Origin: a phage
Direction: 5' to 3' (one strand)
Length of the DNA stretch: 64,000 nt
Sequence record: PZ445488.1
Below are positions 9,151 to 18,265 of this stretch, piece after piece. The first letter of the stretch is position 1. Each line of letters starts with the position of its first letter. The notes under the pieces are model-generated. The model worked only from the letters and a program-made list of their open reading frames with translations, did not search any database and was not told where the DNA came from. Made by a program: the position numbers and the translations under genes.

Positions 9151-10251
9151 TTACGCTGTGAAGATTTTATCCCACATCGCAACAACTGCATCTCGGTTAT
9201 ACTTCTTCCATACTGCTTCAGCACGTTTAACTCGAGCTTCGTATGTGTCAGTGAATTCTAATACAGCTTTTGCGTAAAGCGCAACTACTTCTTTCTTAGG
9301 AGTAGAGGAATCAATTTCTACACGCACAGTATCTGGGTCATATTCGAATGTCGCGTGCGGATAATCCTTAAAAACTAACTGAATTACAGGGACACCTTTA
9401 GAGATGGCTTCAATAGAACTATTCTCTACCGTACCCGTGTCAGGACACGTATTGATAAGTGCTTTAGCTGTTTTAAGACGTTCCATGATTTCACTGTGTG
9501 GAGCATCAATAATAACAGGATACTTAGCCGGTGGTGCCCATTTACTAGGACAGTATCCTACACCATTTTCGCCTAGTGCTTTAATCGCTTCAAGAGCAAC
9601 ATCAGTACGACGCATTTTAGTGTCATAACGTTGTGCACTAATAATCAGATCAGTCGCCGGAAGAACTTCAGGTTTATCATTCAAACAAATAACCGGATAA
9701 TCTTCGGCTTCAAACAACGGATTTGCTCGCCAATAATCATAATCAATTTTGTCAGTCAGACCTGAAGTCATATAACAATATTTGCGTTCAAATTCACGGA
9801 AGGCTTTAGTAGGAGCATAACTCTTACCACCGTTCTTATGAATTTGAATAGTCTGGTCCCAAATTTGAACAATGCCACGAGATACCGGTTCAAATGGTGT
9901 TGCCATAAAATTCTTATGAACTTTAGAGAGACCCGCGTCTTTAATTGCCTGAACGGTTAGTTTGGTCGGTTCCATAGTAACAACAAAATCGTATTCATGG
10001 ATGCCGGCTAGTTCAACAATCTTACGAGCCATAGTATAACTCATACCTAGACTGAATTTAGTCAGATGACCAACAGGATGATGATTAACCTTCCAATCAC
10101 CAAATGTGTCATTATCAAAGCCGATATAATCAATATCAGCACCGATAGAAACTAAATATTTCAACACATTTAAATGTACTGCTTCAAGACCACCTTGTAC
10201 ACGTTCTGGGTTAAATGGGACTGCGCGAGATGGGATAAACATAACTTTCAT
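9151..10251 (-). CDS. GT-B fold glycosyltransferase (GT4-like)
   Basis: 366 aa; C-terminal ENSSIEAISKGVPVI fits the GT4 E-x7-E / G-x-P-V-I donor-binding motif; N-terminal MKVMFIPS...GGLE Rossmann start. Confidence 0.6.
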   Translation of the reverse strand: MKVMFIPSRAVPFNPERVQGGLEAVHLNVLKYLVSIGADIDYIGFDNDTFGDWKVNHHPVGHLTKFSLGMSYTMARKIVELAGIHEYDFVVTMEPTKLTVQAIKDAGLSKVHKNFMATPFEPVSRGIVQIWDQTIQIHKNGGKSYAPTKAFREFERKYCYMTSGLTDKIDYDYWRANPLFEAEDYPVICLNDKPEVLPATDLIISAQRYDTKMRRTDVALEAIKALGENGVGYCPSKWAPPAKYPVIIDAPHSEIMERLKTAKALINTCPDTGTVENSSIEAISKGVPVIQLVFKDYPHATFEYDPDTVRVEIDSSTPKKEVVALYAKAVLEFTDTYEARVKRAEAVWKKYNRDAVVAMWDKIFTA

Positions 10252-10260
10252 AATTAAGCC

Positions 10261-10294
10261 TTATTAAAATTAAAATGAAGCTCCCGAAGGAGCT
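10261..10294 (-). terminator. stem-loop terminator downstream of the topoisomerase gene
   Basis: agctcc-cgaa-ggagct hairpin (10279-10294) then U-rich UCAUUUUAAUUUU on the minus-strand RNA. Confidence 0.45.
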
Positions 10295-12129
10295 TAGGAC
10301 ATCCATTCTTTACGAAGTTCTGAATCATCACCCAACAACATTTCAAAGAGTTCTTTCCAATTTTCAGGAAGTTTAACTACGTCGTACACAGGGTTCTGAA
10401 TCATTTCACGATACTCTGACTTTTCAAGGGAGCCCAATCCCTTGATGTATCGAATACTATGCTTAGGCAGCGTATCTTTAACTTCTTCATACTCAGCTAC
10501 AGTATAAAACCATTTTTGAGTTTTGCCAATTTGTGCAATAATTACAGGTGTTTTAACAAAGCGAATACGTCCTTGTTCAAACAATTCAGGCCAATTACTA
10601 AAGAAAGCAAGCAAAGCAGGATAAATACTTCCAAGGCCGTCATGATCGGCATCGGTCATAATTGCAATATTACGATAGTTCGTATTCTCTGCCTTTTCAC
10701 CAAGAATAAGACCTGTGATAGCACAGATATCAAAGAGCTCTTTGTTCTTCATCATATCAGCATATGACATACCCCAGCTATTCATCACCTTACCACGTAA
10801 TGGGAATCCGCCGTGTAGTTCACGGTCACGAACATCAATGAGATAACCAATTGCCGAATCACCTTCTGTTAAGAACAATGTCGTATCTGCATCTTTACCA
10901 CATTGGTTAGCTTTAATATGCTTATGAACCTTAGCTTTAGTTGCCTTTTTAGCTGCTTTAGTTTCTGCGGCCTTTTCTGCTGCCAATTTACGAGCTAATG
11001 CTGCTTCAATTATAGGCATTAAAACTGCTTCAGAATTCAAAATATTTTTTGCCAATTTTTTGGTATCTAATTTAATATGCGTCCGAATTTCGCCATAAGG
11101 ACTTGTTAAACGCTCTTTGGTTTGGGAATCAAAACGAAGGTTCTTCATTCCACGAACGAACATTAAGAGAGTGAGACATTCCTTGATGCGCGCTTTAGTC
11201 ACGTCGATTTTATATTTGCGTTTAATAGCCGGAATTAATTCTTCGCAAATGTCGTCCATCACACATTCAATGTGATGACCGCCATTTTTGGTATGGATGT
11301 TATTAACATAAGTTAAATGACGGAAGCCATCTGGTGACCGACCAATGGCAATAGAGCATCCATCTTGTTCTTGAATGACGGTCTCTTCATCAAATTGTTT
11401 AGCAAACTTCTTAAAGTTACCTTTAATCCTTTTGCCATTAAATTTAAATTCAATACCAGGATAAACGACTGCCAATGTTTGGAGCCGGTCTATAGTAATA
11501 TCTTGGTATATTTTTTCAAATTGATTCATTTCAAAATGAGAGAAATCAGGAATAAACTCGACCTTAGTCCCGTTGTTTTTAGACGGCTTAGATTTCCAAG
11601 AAATATTATCAGCATTATTAGAACAATTAACTGTCAATTCGTTTTTACCATCTGAAGTAGTGCCAACAAAAGAGACAGAAAAAATATTTGTTAATGAAGA
11701 ACCGACACCGTTTTGTCCACCCGTAACACGTTCTTTGTCGTCACCAAAGTTGCCACCAGCTTTTGTACGTGTCCACGCCGCAACTGGTCCTGGAATTTCT
11801 TCTCCTTCAGGAGTAATAACTGTTTCTTGAGGAATACCTCGTCCATTATCTTCAACAGTCACTTTATTAGAATTTAAATCAATACTAACAGAAATTTTAT
11901 TAGCATATTTGAAATTGGTTCGAATAGCTTCATCTACCGAGTTGTCAATAATTTCATCAATTAATTTGAGAACACCTGCAACATATTTAACCTTTTTAAA
12001 TTCACCGAATAGGAAACGTTCTTGTTCTTCATTGGCAACACTTCCAATATACATGCCAGGACGCTTCAAACAATGCTCTTTATCAGATAGCATTTCAATT
12101 TTATTATCAATCATTAGATTTTCTCTCAA
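10294..12129 (-). CDS. 39: DNA topoisomerase II large subunit, GyrB-like ATPase + Toprim (single fused 39/60-type gene)
   Basis: 611 aa continuous ORF with GyrB-like ATPase N-terminus; in T4 this function is split into genes 39 and 60. Confidence 0.85.
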   Translation of the reverse strand: MRENLMIDNKIEMLSDKEHCLKRPGMYIGSVANEEQERFLFGEFKKVKYVAGVLKLIDEIIDNSVDEAIRTNFKYANKISVSIDLNSNKVTVEDNGRGIPQETVITPEGEEIPGPVAAWTRTKAGGNFGDDKERVTGGQNGVGSSLTNIFSVSFVGTTSDGKNELTVNCSNNADNISWKSKPSKNNGTKVEFIPDFSHFEMNQFEKIYQDITIDRLQTLAVVYPGIEFKFNGKRIKGNFKKFAKQFDEETVIQEQDGCSIAIGRSPDGFRHLTYVNNIHTKNGGHHIECVMDDICEELIPAIKRKYKIDVTKARIKECLTLLMFVRGMKNLRFDSQTKERLTSPYGEIRTHIKLDTKKLAKNILNSEAVLMPIIEAALARKLAAEKAAETKAAKKATKAKVHKHIKANQCGKDADTTLFLTEGDSAIGYLIDVRDRELHGGFPLRGKVMNSWGMSYADMMKNKELFDICAITGLILGEKAENTNYRNIAIMTDADHDGLGSIYPALLAFFSNWPELFEQGRIRFVKTPVIIAQIGKTQKWFYTVAEYEEVKDTLPKHSIRYIKGLGSLEKSEYREMIQNPVYDVVKLPENWKELFEMLLGDDSELRKEWMS

Positions 12130-12790
12130 ATTGCATGACTATATTTTTGTATGAACCTTCCGGAAATCCACGTTTAACGCTTTCTTTAGCAAATTTACCG
12201 ACCTTTGGTTTATCCAATTCTAACCATAATTTATATAAAGAAGATTCATATTCCCATACAGGACTTTTACGATTTTTAAGCCCACACTTTATAAGCGCTT
12301 CCTTTGTATGTTTCTTATTATAAAATGGATTGTTTTTGCCACTCATTGCTTTAGAATGTTCAGGGCGCTTAATTCCATACATCGGATTAAGATCGCCTTT
12401 CTTGATAATTGATTGTAGTTCAATAGTTTCTTCAGAGTGATTGTGTCCATAAAATGGATTTAACTCTTTTGAAACATCCATACCAAAGCACCCATCGACT
12501 GTGGCATAAGACATGTTGAAAAATTTTTCAGATTTAACCACATTATGCAATTTCTGGTAATACAACTCACAAAACGTCGCTTCTTCACGTGTATCAAATT
12601 CGCCAATAATACATGAATCAAATAAATGAGGATTATCTTTTATCTCTTTATCATAAATTTGTTTATATTTTTTCGACTTTACCGTACCATGATAGTAACT
12701 GTTTGTATGTTTATCAAGATAAGTAGACCCTATATAAAACGGTGGCAACTTATCGCCTGTGTATATTGTTAAGTATGTTATGTATTTCAT
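12107..12790 (-). CDS. GIY-YIG homing endonuclease (Seg-like) with NUMOD3 repeats
   Basis: 227 aa; YITYLTIYTGDKLPPFYIGST...YHG GIY-YIG core plus three NPxYG..HSEET-type repeats; 3' end overlaps the first 23 nt of gene 39. Confidence 0.75.
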   Translation of the reverse strand: MKYITYLTIYTGDKLPPFYIGSTYLDKHTNSYYHGTVKSKKYKQIYDKEIKDNPHLFDSCIIGEFDTREEATFCELYYQKLHNVVKSEKFFNMSYATVDGCFGMDVSKELNPFYGHNHSEETIELQSIIKKGDLNPMYGIKRPEHSKAMSGKNNPFYNKKHTKEALIKCGLKNRKSPVWEYESSLYKLWLELDKPKVGKFAKESVKRGFPEGSYKNIVMQFERKSND

Positions 12791-12824
12791 AAAGGTATTC
12801 TATCATCCGAAATCTAAAGCAAAA
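12791..12824 (-). promoter_or_regulatory. putative MotA-dependent middle promoter
   Basis: Minus strand TGCTTTA (MotA box) - 12 nt - TAGAAT; the same GCTTTA...CGGATGATAGAAT block recurs upstream of gene 47. Confidence 0.4.
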
Positions 12825-12838
12825 AGGGCCGAAGCCCT
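12811..12838 (-). terminator. stem-loop terminator
   Basis: agggc-cgaa-gccct hairpin then UUUUUGCUUU on the minus-strand RNA. Confidence 0.45.
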
Positions 12839-13260
12839 TATTTAAATTTAATTTTCTGAAGTGCATCAATTGCAGCCAGACGCCCTTGTTCACTTTTAAC
12901 TGTAATGACCACATCACCTGATACGATCACCGAACCATCAACAAATTCTATAGAGCCTTTTTTGAAATCAACTGACGTAGGTTCCGGAACTTCTTCAAAG
13001 AATTTAAATTCTGCACCATAAAGCAGAATATCACCTTGCATACTATGAATAGTTCGGCCATAATCGCCTACGGCTTCTACAGCAATAACCGAAACGCCGT
13101 AACCAATCATCTCTTCCACAATAAAATCTTTGGACAATAAAGTAGTATGCAGATTAGTATTAAGACGTTTACCAGTCGTATTAAGAATTCTCAAGAAATT
13201 ATCTTCTTGTCCTTTGATAATACGATATTTCTTACCAACTTCAAAACCTTTAAAAGCCAT
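12838..13260 (-). CDS. hypothetical protein (140 aa)
   Basis: Track ORF, operon strand. Confidence 0.45.
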   Translation of the reverse strand: MAFKGFEVGKKYRIIKGQEDNFLRILNTTGKRLNTNLHTTLLSKDFIVEEMIGYGVSVIAVEAVGDYGRTIHSMQGDILLYGAEFKFFEEVPEPTSVDFKKGSIEFVDGSVIVSGDVVITVKSEQGRLAAIDALQKIKFK

Positions 13261-13262
13261 AA

Positions 13263-13442
13263 TTAACCCTTTTTAAGTAAGTCGTAAAAACCACCGTTCA
13301 CATGTTTAGGAGCAGAAACCCGACGAGTAGACAGACGATGACATTCAGGGCAAACATCGTTTTCTCGTTCAGAAATTCTTTTAATTTTTTCATATTCATG
13401 GCCGCAATCTTCAGATTGGCATTTATAGTCGTATAACGGCAT
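13263..13442 (-). CDS. small zinc-ribbon protein (FmdB-like CxxC...CxxC), 59 aa
   Basis: Hand-translated MPLYDYKCQSEDCGHEYE...CPEC; below the 60-aa track cut-off. Confidence 0.4.
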   Translation of the reverse strand: MPLYDYKCQSEDCGHEYEKIKRISERENDVCPECHRLSTRRVSAPKHVNGGFYDLLKKG

Positions 13443-13447
13443 TATTA

Positions 13448-13876
13448 TTATTCCTTAAAATGTGCTTTCAACATTTGATACAAAGACCATGCCTGGTCGT
13501 TATTTTTGATAGTAATCGTCATCACCGGAAATTCAGACAATTCGTCAAGTTCACCAGAATCTTGCTCTTCGGACGCTTGATACGGATTTCCAACTTCATC
13601 AAAAAACTCTGCTTCATTCGTGGAGAGCCAGATAAAGTTTTCATCAAGGATATCACCACCTGTCGCGTATCCAACCATGCCAGTAGATGTCACAATTTTA
13701 GTAGGACGACCAAGATGGTCAACATCTAATACTTTAAATGGTTCCATGCCAAGACGTCGTGCATAAATCCCATTATCGGTGTGGTCCTTAATAAACTCTT
13801 CTTGGGCACGTTTATCTTTAAATTGGTACCACGAGTTAACGCGGAATTTATTAGCCATTAGTAAGTTTCCTTCCAA
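13448..13876 (-). CDS. hypothetical protein (142 aa)
   Basis: Track ORF, operon strand. Confidence 0.45.
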   Translation of the reverse strand: MEGNLLMANKFRVNSWYQFKDKRAQEEFIKDHTDNGIYARRLGMEPFKVLDVDHLGRPTKIVTSTGMVGYATGGDILDENFIWLSTNEAEFFDEVGNPYQASEEQDSGELDELSEFPVMTITIKNNDQAWSLYQMLKAHFKE

Positions 13877-14130
13877 TAAGTTGTACCGTTTTCAGTGATT
13901 TCACGGAAGATACCGTAGATAGGCATTTCATCACCGAGTTTTTCGTAAACGTAAACCACTTCAGTGTAGCATAAAAATCCGGTCCAGTTTTTCTGTACAA
14001 CAACTAAATCAGGATTAAACAGAACATCTTCAAACTCATCGATGTTTGAATCAGTAGTTACGTTTTTAATGATTTGACGTTTCATAATATTCTCCTCTTG
14101 TTTTGATAGGTCTATAGTATCATAGACCAT
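13858..14130 (-). CDS. hypothetical protein (90 aa)
   Basis: Track ORF with own PeSL-like promoter and GAGGAG RBS. Confidence 0.45.
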   Translation of the reverse strand: MVYDTIDLSKQEENIMKRQIIKNVTTDSNIDEFEDVLFNPDLVVVQKNWTGFLCYTEVVYVYEKLGDEMPIYGIFREITENGTTYWKETY

Positions 14131-14144
14131 AGTTGTTGTACATC
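14105..14144 (-). promoter_or_regulatory. early promoter with embedded stem-loop (PeSL-like)
   Basis: gataggtctatagtatcatagaccatagttgttgtacatc; stem ggtctat/atagacc. Confidence 0.5.
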
Positions 14145-14667
14145 ATTTTAGCAAAATAAAATCAACTTGTTCTGCCAATGAACGTCTAAACATTAATTGA
14201 CAACTTCCGAGGATGAAATCAGGTGCTTCATAGACCGCGATGTAGTATCCTTTAGCTTTCAAGAGTTCAACATCCACCTGGTCATCAAACCATGCATAAA
14301 CCGCGTCAACGCTTTCAAATCCAAAATAGAACCCTTGAGCCCAATCTTCACTCAATTCAAATGTGTACTCAATTCTATGGTATCTTAAGATATTTTGTTC
14401 AAGAAGTTTGTCTTCATTTACTGTAGGACGATTAGGGACATTATAGTTGTCGCCGTGATGGTAGAAGTTACCTGAGAGTATTCCATGCTTATCAAGGAAC
14501 TCCCATGTTTCTTCAGAGTTGTCAGTGCCAGACCAACCGTAAGGTGAGCGAGGTTCTTTATTCCAAGAGGTTTCCCAAATTCTGACGGCTTTACCGTCTT
14601 CGATAACAATTCCTGGTAATGATTCACGTTGAGTACAAAAACTACGTTCTACGCGGTAAACTAACAT
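14143..14667 (-). CDS. hypothetical protein (174 aa)
   Basis: Track ORF with own PeSL-like promoter. Confidence 0.45.
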   Translation of the reverse strand: MLVYRVERSFCTQRESLPGIVIEDGKAVRIWETSWNKEPRSPYGWSGTDNSEETWEFLDKHGILSGNFYHHGDNYNVPNRPTVNEDKLLEQNILRYHRIEYTFELSEDWAQGFYFGFESVDAVYAWFDDQVDVELLKAKGYYIAVYEAPDFILGSCQLMFRRSLAEQVDFILLK

Positions 14668-14672
14668 ATTAT

Positions 14673-14722
14673 TCTCCTCTGGTTGATATGGTTATAATAT
14701 CAAAACCAGAGGAGAAGTAAAC
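14673..14722 (-). promoter_or_regulatory. early promoter with embedded stem-loop (PeSL-like)
   Basis: 12-bp stem tctcctctggtt/aaccagaggaga around a loop containing tataat; GTTTAC at 14717-14722 on minus strand; the distal stem arm doubles as the GAGGAG RBS. Confidence 0.55.
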
Positions 14723-14726
14723 AACT

Positions 14727-15146
14727 TTATGCGAAAGCAGCTGGGCTATATTTTTTAATTTGGAATTCAGGAACTACCATGAACTGACCAGCGAAAACGA
14801 TGTTATAAAGCTTAACACCATCTTCTACCCAACGGTCGCTAATAAATCCGGCGATTTGCTTAGTTTTCCATGGCGTTCCATCAGTTGCCGCAGCAATAGT
14901 GAATTCATGGTCTTTTTCAACAGAAACTGATCTGCATAGTCCCCATTTGAACGCTTTTTCTTCTGGCTCAATGAACTGGCTTGAGACGTAGCCAATATTA
15001 CCATTAGCATCACGAACTTTAACTTGGTTACGACCAAAAACCGGATCACTCACAGAAAGAACTTCAACCAACTTCCCGGCAACTTTAGAGCGAGAAGCAA
15101 CAGATACATATACGTAATCACCTGTAGAGAGATTTACAATATTCAT
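14727..15146 (-). CDS. paralog family protein A (139 aa)
   Basis: C-terminal GFISDRWVEDGVKLYNIVF shared with the next two ORFs. Confidence 0.5.
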   Translation of the reverse strand: MNIVNLSTGDYVYVSVASRSKVAGKLVEVLSVSDPVFGRNQVKVRDANGNIGYVSSQFIEPEEKAFKWGLCRSVSVEKDHEFTIAAATDGTPWKTKQIAGFISDRWVEDGVKLYNIVFAGQFMVVPEFQIKKYSPAAFA

Positions 15147-15155
15147 AATAATTCC

Positions 15156-15641
15156 TTAAGCTTTACGAGGAGACACATAGCGAGTGATTTCAGATTCTTT
15201 AACAACTCTGAAGTCACCTAAGAATATGATATTGTATAACTTTTCACCATCTTCAACCCATTGGTCACTAATGAAGCCGCACATAGTATCAGTTTTGCTT
15301 GGATAACCGTATTCATCGATGAAGTCAAATTCTTTATCAGTCTGGAATTCAACGCCTTTGCAAAGGGCCCATTTGAACTGTACATTATGCTCTGTGGATT
15401 CAACTTTTTCTCTTGAAGCAAAAGCACTACTCACAGGCGTTTCCAAGAACTTTGCACGAACATAAGCAAATTTGGTTTCCTGTGTCCCAAAACTAGGAAT
15501 AATACGAACTTTTACCTCAGAATCTTCATCTTTAACGCCTTCTTTAAGTTGAATACTTACAACTTCGACCAATTTTCCTGCGGCTTTAGAACGAGATTTG
15601 TTAGATACGCGAACGATTTCACCAATAATACCAAGATTCAT
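15156..15641 (-). CDS. paralog family protein B (about 162 aa from internal Met)
   Basis: Track ORF 15156-15704 trimmed to MNLGIIGEIV...; shares SRSKAAGKLVEV and GFISDQWVEDGEKLYNIIF with neighbours. Confidence 0.5.
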   Translation of the reverse strand: MNLGIIGEIVRVSNKSRSKAAGKLVEVVSIQLKEGVKDEDSEVKVRIIPSFGTQETKFAYVRAKFLETPVSSAFASREKVESTEHNVQFKWALCKGVEFQTDKEFDFIDEYGYPSKTDTMCGFISDQWVEDGEKLYNIIFLGDFRVVKESEITRYVSPRKA

Positions 15642-15703
15642 AATTTCTCTCTCTTTGTTTAAATTGAATTCATTATACTCCATCCATCCTTGGATATACA
15701 ACA

Positions 15704-16198
15704 TTAATTAAGGATATTAACCACAGCACTACGTGGAACTACACTAAAATCACCTGCATGAACAACGTTCAGAAGTTCAACACCGTCTTCAATCCACTGG
15801 TCAGTTACCCATCCATTTACTGGACCTGCGAACGGGCGTCGAATTGAAACATATTTACACAGCAAATCAGTAGGCTCAATAGGCTTAATCAGAGTACCGT
15901 ACATACAAGCGATATCCATATCAATACAGATGTCTTTAACGGGTTCTACTTCTTCAATCAACAGTTCAAAGTCTGTGCTTGGAAGGGCGGTAGTAGAAAT
16001 TGTACCATATGAATTTTTAATTTCTAAGAATAACCAAGGGCCTTCAGCTTGTTTGATGAAGTTAACAATAGTGAAACTATTGCCTTGAGTGGCACCTAAA
16101 ATTTCACAAAACTTTTCGTAAGCTCGCACTGAAGCACTGTACCAGTTGATTTGTTTTTCGTCTTTCAGGATGTAAGTAGCCGTAGTATTGATATTCAT
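15704..16198 (-). CDS. paralog family protein C (164 aa)
   Basis: C-terminal GWVTDQWIEDGVELLNVV motif. Confidence 0.45.
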   Translation of the reverse strand: MNINTTATYILKDEKQINWYSASVRAYEKFCEILGATQGNSFTIVNFIKQAEGPWLFLEIKNSYGTISTTALPSTDFELLIEEVEPVKDICIDMDIACMYGTLIKPIEPTDLLCKYVSIRRPFAGPVNGWVTDQWIEDGVELLNVVHAGDFSVVPRSAVVNILN

Positions 16199-16228
16199 AA
16201 TGTTTTTCCTGTTTGGTTAAGATAGAAA

Positions 16229-16259
16229 GATTATACTCCAACCATCCTTGGTTGTAAAC
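16229..16259 (-). promoter_or_regulatory. early promoter, hairpin-in-spacer type
   Basis: attatactccaaccatccttggttgtaaac = minus GTTTAC-18 nt-TATAAT; spacer holds the caacca/tggttg hairpin; repeated at 57174 and 58193. Confidence 0.55.
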
Positions 16260-16264
16260 TGGTT

Positions 16265-16942
16265 TTATCGCTGTTTTACACTTATCGGGTCAGGATTCTC
16301 AGGGACATCTTCAAGGCCAAGCGCATAACGCTGAGCATATTTTAACATCAAAATATCTTTAGCACAATCGTGAATACTATCATGGGCAACGAATCCTTTT
16401 AGCGTACCCATCGGTAATGGACACATACTTAATCCTCGTGTCAACGAGTAAGCTTCGATTGCCGTACGAATATCACGTTGAGCCCAGAATTTAACAGGTT
16501 CTAATTTATCGGTATCAATATCTGGTTCAAGAACACCTTCATCACGATAGAGGTCACGAATCAAATCGACCAAGATCGGGAAGTCAAAGCTCATACCACG
16601 GCACCACATCTGTGATTTCCATTGGTCAACTTTATTAGCTCGACAATAATCTAAAAAGATTTTAATGCCTTCAAGCGTAGTGACATCGTCTTCAGACGGA
16701 GCCAGGTTTTTACGTGCTTCTGCTGATTGTTCTTTCCACCATTTCATAGTGGATTTAGCGAAAACTCGCTTCCCTTTTTGAGAAGCTAAATTAAATTTAA
16801 TTCGCTTACCTCGTTGAACAAGTTCTTCAAATGTTTCAACAACTTCAGGGTCGGAATTATATGCAATAACCGCAAGGTCAATAACAGCCGCTTTTGATGT
16901 ATTGCCGAATGTTTCAAAATCTATAATAACATCAGTGCTCAT
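16265..16942 (-). CDS. dexA: exonuclease A (DEDD 3'-5' exonuclease)
   Basis: 225 aa (T4 DexA 227 aa); N-terminal DFETFG exonuclease motif; adjacent to dda. Confidence 0.7.
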   Translation of the reverse strand: MSTDVIIDFETFGNTSKAAVIDLAVIAYNSDPEVVETFEELVQRGKRIKFNLASQKGKRVFAKSTMKWWKEQSAEARKNLAPSEDDVTTLEGIKIFLDYCRANKVDQWKSQMWCRGMSFDFPILVDLIRDLYRDEGVLEPDIDTDKLEPVKFWAQRDIRTAIEAYSLTRGLSMCPLPMGTLKGFVAHDSIHDCAKDILMLKYAQRYALGLEDVPENPDPISVKQR

Positions 16943-16951
16943 AATTTTCTC

Positions 16952-18265
16952 TCAAATAAAATGGACGTCAAAACGACCGCGAGTTGTGCCGACATACAAT
17001 AACTGTTTAGCTAATTCTGAATCAGCATAATGGATACACGGTGTATAAACAAAGGCCGTGTCAACAGACATACCCTGGGCCTTATGGAAGGTTGATACTG
17101 GTAGTGCCTTCACCTTAGTGAACATACGTTTAGCATCCCAGAATTCACTCCATGGAGCTTTACCACCTTTATTCCAGAATTTGTATGTTTCTGCTGTCTT
17201 AGCCAAAAACAAATTGAATTTATAAAGCTCTTCTTCAGAAGAAATAACCTTTATATCCTCGCGGACGTATTCTTCATCATCCACATATGTTTCTACTGTA
17301 AGATTCCAATATCGTATCATATACTCGCCTGAAACACCACGTGCTTTAACGAATGTAGACGTTTCTACAGCATCTCGAATACGAACGAATTGCCCGTTAT
17401 TGAAAAGCATTTCGGTCATATTTTTGCCATCTAGCTTATACGTCTTGGTAAACGGCTCTTGTAGAACAATGACCTCGTCTTTAATAAATGGTTTTTCTGT
17501 TTCGAGAAGTTTTCGGCGAATAATTGAATTCAACTTATCTACTGACTTATTTGTGAATGCCATCATTCGATTTTCGAAAAGGTCTTCAGGAGTTTTAACG
17601 ACGTTAAAATAGTTCATCATATACGATTTAAGGTCTGTATATCCATGAACACCGTGCCCATCAACTACTTTATCGTAAATCCATTTGCCATTACGAATAT
17701 CAGTCGCAACATCAATAATTGGTGCATTGCTACGTTTAACTTCTGTAAGGTTGCATTGCACGAAGTCTTTGTGAGTGAAGAAAGGACTTAGATACGCAGT
17801 TGATTCGCCTGGGTCTACCGGTCGAATTTGACATCGGTCGCCGATTCCAATTACTGTGCACCATTTAGGGATACTAGCTAACATTATTTTAAACAGAGAA
17901 CGGTCACACATTGACGCTTCATCAAATAACAGTACACGACACAAGGCTAAGTCGGGAACCTTTTTCTGTTCAAATAATACGTTTTCTTCGTATGTAGTTG
18001 GGTTGATTTTAAGAATGCTATGAATAGTCGATGCTTCTTGACCTGCAAGTTTGCTTAGAACCTTTTTAGCAGCGTGTGTAGGGGCTGCTAAAATAATACC
18101 TGATTCTCCAGAAGAAATAAGGGCTTCAACGATGAATCTAGTAAGGGTTGTTTTACCTGTACCAGCAGGCCCATTAATAGTTACGTGATGTTTCTTTTCT
18201 TTAATAGCTTTCATAACAACGTTGAAGGCGTTTTTCTGGCCTTCGGTCAAATCGTCAAATGTCAT
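16952..18265 (-). CDS. dda: Dda SF1 DNA helicase
   Basis: 437 aa (T4 Dda 439 aa); Walker A GPAGTGKTT; synteny. Confidence 0.8.
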   Translation of the reverse strand: MTFDDLTEGQKNAFNVVMKAIKEKKHHVTINGPAGTGKTTLTRFIVEALISSGESGIILAAPTHAAKKVLSKLAGQEASTIHSILKINPTTYEENVLFEQKKVPDLALCRVLLFDEASMCDRSLFKIMLASIPKWCTVIGIGDRCQIRPVDPGESTAYLSPFFTHKDFVQCNLTEVKRSNAPIIDVATDIRNGKWIYDKVVDGHGVHGYTDLKSYMMNYFNVVKTPEDLFENRMMAFTNKSVDKLNSIIRRKLLETEKPFIKDEVIVLQEPFTKTYKLDGKNMTEMLFNNGQFVRIRDAVETSTFVKARGVSGEYMIRYWNLTVETYVDDEEYVREDIKVISSEEELYKFNLFLAKTAETYKFWNKGGKAPWSEFWDAKRMFTKVKALPVSTFHKAQGMSVDTAFVYTPCIHYADSELAKQLLYVGTTRGRFDVHFI

